Position numbers and translations under genes: made by a program. A stretch of 62,947 bases of DNA, counting the filler. It is 11 parts of 11 records of this genome, joined end to end, with 100 filler letters (N's around TTAATTAATTAA, not from the genome) between each part and the next. Parts side by side here need not be neighbours in the genome. Positions count along the whole stretch, not along the records: positions 53,075 to 56,304 come from SRR7504441_3506; positions 56,405 to 59,844 come from SRR7504441_3509; positions 59,945 to 62,947 come from SRR7504441_3525; 8 more parts are not named here. One strand, given 5' to 3'. This document shows positions 56,288 through 62,947 of this stretch, piece after piece. How positions within the stretch are numbered: position 1 is the first letter of the stretch; every line of letters starts with the position of its first letter. The notes below the pieces were generated by a model. That model did no database searches and was not told where the DNA came from. It saw only the letters and a program-made list of their open reading frames with translations.

Positions 56288-56680
56288 GTCTCCCCCCCCC
56301 CCCCNNNNNNNNNNNNNNNNNNNNNNNNNNNNNNNNNNNNNNNNNNNNTTAATTAATTAANNNNNNNNNNNNNNNNNNNNNNNNNNNNNNNNNNNNNNNN
56401 NNNNTATTGAGCATTAAATCGAACTGTTTTTTTTCAAACACAATGCGATGCCAATTAATGCAAACACGAAGAACTAAACCCCATAATTATGTCACTGACG
56501 TGTCGGTTGCGATACTCGCGCGTCGGAGCGTCTGACGCACGCCCCAGCTGCCACCTCTGCCCATTGGCTGTCCTCCATCCATGTCCATCCTTAGTCCATC
56601 CTTGCAATTGTGATTGCTTGGCGTGCCGCTGCATTTTCGTCACTCTACTTATACGTATACGTCCGTTATGACCGAATGGA

Positions 56681-58072
56681 ATGAGGCGCATTGAGACCTG
56701 TCCACCGCCAGCGCCAGCGATGGTACCAGGAACTCCAGGAAGCTCAACGACCAGTGCACGAGTACGCCAGACGCGGACCGGTTTGGACAGGAAGCTGCTG
56801 GTCGTCGGGGCGGTGCTCCTGTTATCCAGCTCGGCCCAGCACTGCCCGTCCGGGGCCACTCCGATCCCGCGCGTCTCGGCCGTGCCCGGGCGGCTTGCGC
56901 GCTCGCCGGTGGTGCTGCCCCGCCCGCTTGCGGCCGGGATCTTCCCAGCGATCGAGGCGGACTGGGACCTGCCGGCGGTGCTGGACCTGCTGGCCGAGCG
57001 CAGGAGCGTGACCGTCGAGAGCTCCGCGTTCGGCCGGTTCTTTAAGTACTTCGGCAAGAACAGCCCGATCTCGGAGCGGTTCCCAGTAGCCCTGCGGACA
57101 GTACAAAATGCGTCGCTGCGCTGGGTGTCGGAGGATCGGCCGTCAGAAAGCCAGAAGATAGGGGTAAGGGAGCTGCTTCAGCTGGGGGGCGAGCGGTGCG
57201 GGTGCGGCCCAACCAACTGCTCCAAGTGCTACTACATCCAACAGTCGCTGGGCGAGCTAAGGTGGGATGGAGAGCTGGCCGTCAAGCTGGAGCACGAGTC
57301 GGTTGGTATGCGCGAGCTGGTAGGTCGGCTGGTCGGGAGCGCGTGGGGGGCGCTGAGCAACGCTAGCGAGTTTGAGCTGACGCCTGTGGTCTGGGCCAAC
57401 CCCGAGCCGCTCGAGGTGATTACACCTATGCACTACGACTTGGGCTCTAATCTGCACTGCGTCATGGCCGGGCGCAAACAGTTCTGGATGATGCCCCCTA
57501 GGTCCGAGGGCGTGCGCGCCTATCCGCTGCTGCACCCGATGGCCCGGCAAGCGGTGTCGTTCAGCCTGGAGCGCGGCTGGCCCGATCTGCACCCGGATCA
57601 AGCCCATCGGGTGCACTACGCCGACGTACTGCCAGGTGAGTGCATCCTCCTCCCTGGCAGCTGGTGGCACGAGGTGGCGGCTGCCCCGGGGTCGGTATCG
57701 CTCTCGGGGCTTTGGCCGGTTCAGTCGCCCGAGGAGCGGCTTGCTGGCGCGTTGGGCAAGCAGCAGCCGGCGGCGCTCAGTTTCATGGAGTGGAAACTAG
57801 AGGAGCTAGTCAGCTTCGGTTTCCTAGACGCGTTGGAAGATCCGCTGGTTGGGATGCAGCGTGCGCTAGAGTTCTTTGCAGCGGCCGAGACGGGTCGGCC
57901 GGTCTCCGAGTGGGTGCCTCCCAACGGAAGGCGGATGCTCGAGTATGTTCAGCGGCGGATGCGCGCCGAGTTCGGGATTGAGATTGGGCTCCGCCGGCTA
58001 GTGGCGCTTATGCGCGGGTTAAGCCAAGAGCGGTATGCGTACTTCCTAGACGCCATGCCTCCCCCTACGTAA
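56681..58072 (+). CDS. JmjC/cupin-like (FIH/JMJD5-type) 2-oxoglutarate hydroxylase
   Basis: TPMHYD..NLHCVMAGRKQF...PGECILLPGSWWHEV (HxD...H triad); N-terminal hydrophobic segment. Confidence 0.82.
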   Translation: MRRIETCPPPAPAMVPGTPGSSTTSARVRQTRTGLDRKLLVVGAVLLLSSSAQHCPSGATPIPRVSAVPGRLARSPVVLPRPLAAGIFPAIEADWDLPAVLDLLAERRSVTVESSAFGRFFKYFGKNSPISERFPVALRTVQNASLRWVSEDRPSESQKIGVRELLQLGGERCGCGPTNCSKCYYIQQSLGELRWDGELAVKLEHESVGMRELVGRLVGSAWGALSNASEFELTPVVWANPEPLEVITPMHYDLGSNLHCVMAGRKQFWMMPPRSEGVRAYPLLHPMARQAVSFSLERGWPDLHPDQAHRVHYADVLPGECILLPGSWWHEVAAAPGSVSLSGLWPVQSPEERLAGALGKQQPAALSFMEWKLEELVSFGFLDALEDPLVGMQRALEFFAAAETGRPVSEWVPPNGRRMLEYVQRRMRAEFGIEIGLRRLVALMRGLSQERYAYFLDAMPPPT

Positions 58073-58470
58073 CACTTTCCGACCCCAACATCGGTCCGTA
58101 AGCCGTTTGACACCACATTAACGGATGTTAGCACTTTACTAAATTCTGACTAAATTGTCATGTGCATGTGATATTTGGGCGTATGGGCAAGAGGTGGATT
58201 CACAACAAGGCTCGTGGTACATGGCACCTGTTATAAAGTCTTTGTGTTTACAGCCGCAAGAGCAGTTTGACCGGGTTCGTTAGACGTCTCAGTCGGTCGG
58301 TTGGTCGGGCTGGAAGTCGCACGCGACTTGCAGGAACCCGGAACATCATGCGATGTACTCTTGGAGAGCTCACACGGCGCATCGCTATAGCAGGATATAG
58401 AGCATCGCTATACTGCCGGGACGACTCACCCGTGTACCGGTGCCGCTCGTTCACTGCCGATTCTGCTTTC

Positions 58471-59238
58471 TTATTTCTTCATCGTCCGCCTGTTCGTTTT
58501 CGATTTGGTGGGCCGCATTCTGCACAAATCCTTCTCCTTCTCCCGGAAGACAATCACGCAGCGGCTACCGTTAGGCATCTTGGCGCCCCCCCACCATTGT
58601 GGCGCGGTGTTTGGAATTATGCGCTTGACGGCATGGGGAACGAGGCCACCGTCGAAGAACACCGCGTCCCCGCTGCGCATGCGAATACACACCTCCTTCC
58701 CGCTCCGATTGCTCGTCCGCGCTGCGCGAATATGCGTCCGCCTCCCAATGACGAACTCGCAGTCGTCCCCGAGCGCCAGTGACATGCTAAAGAGGATTTT
58801 GTCGCTGTCGCAGTGGTTGAAGAGCGTCGCCTCGGGGCGGTAGCAGTTGCCGAATATCTCGCCCAGCACAGTCTCCTTCCCCTGTGCTATCGCGTAGAGA
58901 TGGGCGTACGATGGCTGCGGGCGGCACGCCTCAGCCGTCGGCATCTGCTTAACAAGCTCGGCCGCAGCAAGTGCGAATAGACGCCTCGCGAAACGATCGA
59001 ACGCTGGCACCCGCGTCGAACTGCCGTCCTTCTTGCAGACGCAGAAGCCGGAAAATCCGGTTGCCCTGCCCGCTGGGTCGGAGACGTACGGCCGTGTCAG
59101 GGCCCAGAGCTCCTGCTGCTCCGCTGCGCTGAGCGCGTTCCGGACGTGGACCACGCCGTACTCGGGGACCAGGCGCGCCGAGGCTGTGGGCGGGGGCTTT
59201 GGTGTTGCGTCGCCGTCCTCCTCTTGCGGAGCATCCAT
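58471..59238 (-). CDS. AlkB-like 2OG-Fe(II) oxygenase
   Basis: NCY...NHCD, SLALG, MRSGDAVFF..G...HAV, RCVIVFR; likely ATG at 59238 (MDAPQEED). Confidence 0.8.
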   Translation of the reverse strand: MDAPQEEDGDATPKPPPTASARLVPEYGVVHVRNALSAAEQQELWALTRPYVSDPAGRATGFSGFCVCKKDGSSTRVPAFDRFARRLFALAAAELVKQMPTAEACRPQPSYAHLYAIAQGKETVLGEIFGNCYRPEATLFNHCDSDKILFSMSLALGDDCEFVIGRRTHIRAARTSNRSGKEVCIRMRSGDAVFFDGGLVPHAVKRIIPNTAPQWWGGAKMPNGSRCVIVFREKEKDLCRMRPTKSKTNRRTMKK

Positions 59239-59288
59239 GAGACCTGCCGCCGTGTGCCGGTACTCCGGAGCTTTAATAACGGAAATCG

Positions 59289-59844
59289 ATGGGTGGCCAG
59301 CCGTCCGCTCCAGCCAGCTCTGGTCCAGCACCTGGAGAGCTCTCCCGTGGGGAGAAGGAAGCCCAATGGCGGGCGGCGATGCGCTCCTGTGCCGCTCAGC
59401 TGGAGGCCCTGGCCTCCGCCGGCACGGAGACGGAGCGGCTGGCCTGCCGGGCCGGGTGGCTGGTCTGCATGGCCGGTGGCTGCGGCCAGTGCCCGCGGCA
59501 TGTCGAGCGGCTGAGCGCCGAGGCGGTCGGCGGGGTGGCGGATACGGCTGGATTGGTTCAGCTGGGCTCGTTCGGTCCACTGGCTGAGTGCGTGCGGGCG
59601 GTGCGGGCAGGGGCTCCGGCCGGCGGCGAGCGGTGGGCAGGCCGGGAAGGAGCTCGGGGTGGATATAGCGACGACCTTGGACACCGTGGAGTCGCATGGT
59701 CGCCGGCAGGCGGCTGAGCACTGGCAGCGGGCGGTCGAGGGGATCGACCCGGCCCGGAGAAAGATCCAGAAGGCGTTCACACCGGCGGGTCCGACGATTG
59801 GGCCCGAGGCGATACGCTAAGGGCGATATCTGCCCAGCCACACA
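59289..59844 (+). CDS. Hypothetical protein, 5' part
   Basis: MGGQPS start divergent from the AlkB-like gene; intron-like segments; 3' end unresolved. Confidence 0.4.
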
Positions 59845-59944
59845 NNNNNNNNNNNNNNNNNNNNNNNNNNNNNNNNNNNNNNNNNNNNTTAATTAATTAA
59901 NNNNNNNNNNNNNNNNNNNNNNNNNNNNNNNNNNNNNNNNNNNN

Positions 59945-60501
59945 CCGACCACGTCCACGGCAGTCTCGACGATGTCCGCGCCCATCTGCTGGGTGCTCCG
60001 CTTGACCGAATCGACCACCTGCAGCGCGCCGTCCACTCCAGCCGACGCCACCGACCGGCGCCACTCCCGGCGCTCCACTGTCCGCGGGGTGGCCGGGCCT
60101 GCCTCACCGAACGCGCTCTGGTAGACCGTGCTGTCCTGCACCGCCCGCGCCCCTGAGACCAGCCCGATGGCGGCGGTCTTGGTCACGTGCGTGACGTTGG
60201 CGATCAGCCATCGGGAGGCGTCCAGCGCCTTGCCGCAGCCGTACTTGAGCTGCTCGATGTTCCGGTCGGTGGCCTGGCTGACCTCAACCTCGGTCGCCAC
60301 CGGCGGGACAATTCCGTTGACGTATTCCCCCAGGTGCTTAACCCCGCGGCCCACGGCGTCGGCCGCCTTGACGATCGAGCCGGCGGTGGTGTTGGAGTAC
60401 TCCCGGAGCAGCTTGGCCGCCTCCACCTCGCACTCCTGGTCCGCCTCCACCGCCGCGTCATACCGCTCCCGGAACCGCTTCTTGTGCAGCTCGCGCAGCA
60501 T
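59945..60501 (-). CDS. Senescence-domain (spartin/ERD7-like) protein, truncated
   Basis: AGSIVKAADAVGRGV...VEVS...IEQLK...AGVDGALQVVDSVKRS...TAVDVV follows the senescence-domain pattern. Confidence 0.65.
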
Positions 60502-60669
60502 CAGCAGCGTTCGGCCACCAGTGTGGGAGCCTCTGTGTACCGCGACAGAGCGCCCCGATGCGTCTCCAGCCACGAAAGTCAACTCGCCGAATTTTTCTAA
60601 CCGCAAAATTAGTAACACACTCTGAACTAGCGGCTGAGAGGCGCTCACGTAGGAGACGCGAACCGTAAC

Positions 60670-62634
60670 ATGGATCACACGATGCCGGCATCGAACCAAT
60701 TGCTCGCGGTGGACAAGGACGCTGGGCTCTCGCTGCTGATTTCCAAGCTGGCCCGCAAGAAGGTCAAGCTGCTCCGCCAGCCCTCCAAGCTCTTCGGAGC
60801 CGCCCACGGTCTGGGCGAGCTCGAGTCGGACGACGACGACGACGGCGACCGGCCCTCGGGCGAGATCGAGACGTTCCAGCTGGTGTTCCCCGGGCTGCAG
60901 CCGCTCTCCTACCCACGATCCTCTGCCCAGCGGGCCAGCAGCTGCGGCCAGGCCGCTCTGGTCCCCTCGGTGGGACCCAGCTCGCCCGCCCGGCAGCGTA
61001 CGCTCGACCCGGCGATGATCCTCCACCGGCAGAGCTCGGTCGACGCGGTCCCGGCCTGCCTGCTCCGGACTCCCGACCCGCGCACCACCCCGGCCGCCAA
61101 GTGGCACGCGCTCGGGCAGCGCGGCAGCCGGCTCCAGCTGAACCTGTTCCGTCGCGAGAAGCAACTCGGGCAGACCCAGCCGCCGGCGGTGCTGGCCGAG
61201 CCGGCCCCGATCGGGGCGAGCGTGCTGTCCAAGATGCTCGGGCACTCGCTGCCGTACGCCTGGCTGCTGGCTCATGAGATTAATTTGGACGAGCAGTTTC
61301 GATTCTCCAAGGTTAACTCAAACTTAGAGCGAGCCGCTAACTAACTGGGGGCTGGCAGACTGGGGTGGCCGTGCCGTCCGCCGGGCAACGGAAGGCGGTC
61401 GAGATATACCTGCGTGCAATGGCCGAGACAGAGGCCGAGACGCTGGCAGTGGCGATGAGGCAGATGAGCCAGCCTGGCGAATCCTGTGAGCAGCGCGAGA
61501 AGAACGACACGATTGTGGCCGGGGCCATGGCGCAAGTGGAGCACCTGTGGGAGTCAGTGGTCGGATCCAAGGCGGACGCCAACTCCAAGGCCATCTTCGA
61601 CAGCAAGCTTCTCTGCCAGATGGTGCGCTGCCGCCCGAGTGTCGCACTGACTCAGACCGGTCCAGGTACGGCAAGGCATCTACTCGTCCAAAGGGCTCAT
61701 CGACTTCGTCGAGCACGTGGCGGCCAGTGCCGGCGCGGCGAGCATGATGGCCCACCCGCCGATCATGGCCTGGCTGGAGGAGATCAAGCATACGCCCCCG
61801 AGCGAGGGCGACGACGTGTTCGGGTTTGCGGCTGAGGCAATCTTTGGGCTGCTGGATCAGCTGCGCGAGCTGCGGGCGGCCGAGCTCAACATCCAGCTGG
61901 TGTTCATGCGGCCTGCGCTGGTCTGCACCGGCCCGGCGTACGAGCGGAGCTTCGTGCTGAAGACGGTCGAAAATGGAGAGTTGAAGCTTGACAGGACTGC
62001 CGAGTGGCTCGATGCTCACACCCAGCCTGGCGAGTCGGCCGCGGGCAGCTTCAGACGGGGGATGGGCGCGCTGCTGGCCGGACTGGCCATGCAGAACAAG
62101 TCGTGGGTCGAGACTGAGGCGCTCCCGGAAGTGCTGTGCTTGGACGTGGAGCGGTTGAGACAGTTCAGGGATCAGCTCAGGAGCCTGGCGCTCACCACCG
62201 CGCTGCACACGATGGCGACGGCTTTCCTCAAGAAGCATCGAGTGCCAGTGACCGAGGAGCAACGGACAGAACTCAAGGAGCGGATCAGTGAAGCGTTGGA
62301 TGAGGCCAGCTCGAGACAGGCGGTGGCGGAAGCAGTGGCTGATGAGATGCGAGCCCTTGTGCAATTCCAGGAGAAGTGGCCTGAGCTCGAACCGATGCTG
62401 CTATCGGCAATGAAGCGGGGTGCAGGAAGCATGAGGGTGCTCTTCACACAAAGGATTTCAGATGCTCTGGTCACTGCCGACGCTGCTGACGAGGAGGCGT
62501 TTGGGCTGGCAGCCAAGTCTTTCGGGGTGGTGGCTCACGAGGCCAAGGAACTGGCAAAGCAAGTGCAGCGGCTGTGCACCCACCTGGAGTACGTGTTCAT
62601 GCCACTGTTCGTCAGCTTGCTGCACAACAAGTAA
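60670..62634 (+). CDS. T-complex protein 11 (TCP11/SOK1) family protein
   Basis: LAHEINLDEQFRF; LNIQLVFMRPAL...YERSF; LPEVLCLDVERLRQFRDQL; two GT-AG introns. Confidence 0.78.
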
Positions 62635-62947
62635 GCTTCTCCAGCAGGATCTACCTCGTATGCATTGCGCATTTGTACCATATCTTTAAAATCAAAGTGA
62701 AACTCACAACCACTCAAACCAACACACAATTGACTGACAACCATTCAACTGCAGCTTTGGATCTCGAGCATATACTCGGGCATCACTCGAGCAGTTCTTA
62801 AACATATAACTATGAGTAATCAATAGGCCAGTATGATCTTTTAAAAACGATTTTTATTGCGGATTGTCGAGGTTGTCTACTACATGATCAATGTAGGACG
62901 CCGCAGGGGCATCAGCGGACTGAGGACCGCTAGGACCGCTAGTATCA

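Noticed and set aside
7770-59944. Recurring TTAATTAATTAA flanked by N runs, resembling a repeat family
   Set aside because: Identical 100-nt synthetic spacers joining contigs; not biological, and no synteny can be inferred across them.

Overview
This is eukaryotic (protist-like) nuclear DNA, not a prokaryotic locus. It is 11 separate contigs joined by artificial N44-TTAATTAATTAA-N44 linkers, so adjacency across linkers means nothing. Genes are dense and split by very short introns (mostly about 35-55 nt), so the ORF track is fragmented; I rebuilt the gene models by hand. Recognisable genes: COA4-like twin-CX9C protein, NZF+PH protein, an unusual formin, USP9/24-like deubiquitinase, two RING proteins, GH28, two GH32, GH79, NOC4, WW-ankyrin, RlmN-like radical SAM, peroxiredoxin-5, TSP1 protein, atypical Rab, RPAIN, KDM4, MPDU1, NDC1-type NDH-2, JmjC hydroxylase, AlkB-like oxygenase, a senescence/spartin-domain protein and TCP11. 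Best hidden signals: (1) a peroxiredoxin-5 whose catalytic codon is an in-frame TGA, with a SECIS-like hairpin in its 3' UTR (selenoprotein); (2) frequent GC-AG introns; (3) repeated head-to-head gene pairs with start codons only 36-103 bp apart; (4) a formin with a GAF domain, a Gly/Lys FH1-like tract and a cadherin-like beta-sandwich inside FH2. Family calls come from motif recognition by eye; no database search was run and the lineage is not determined.
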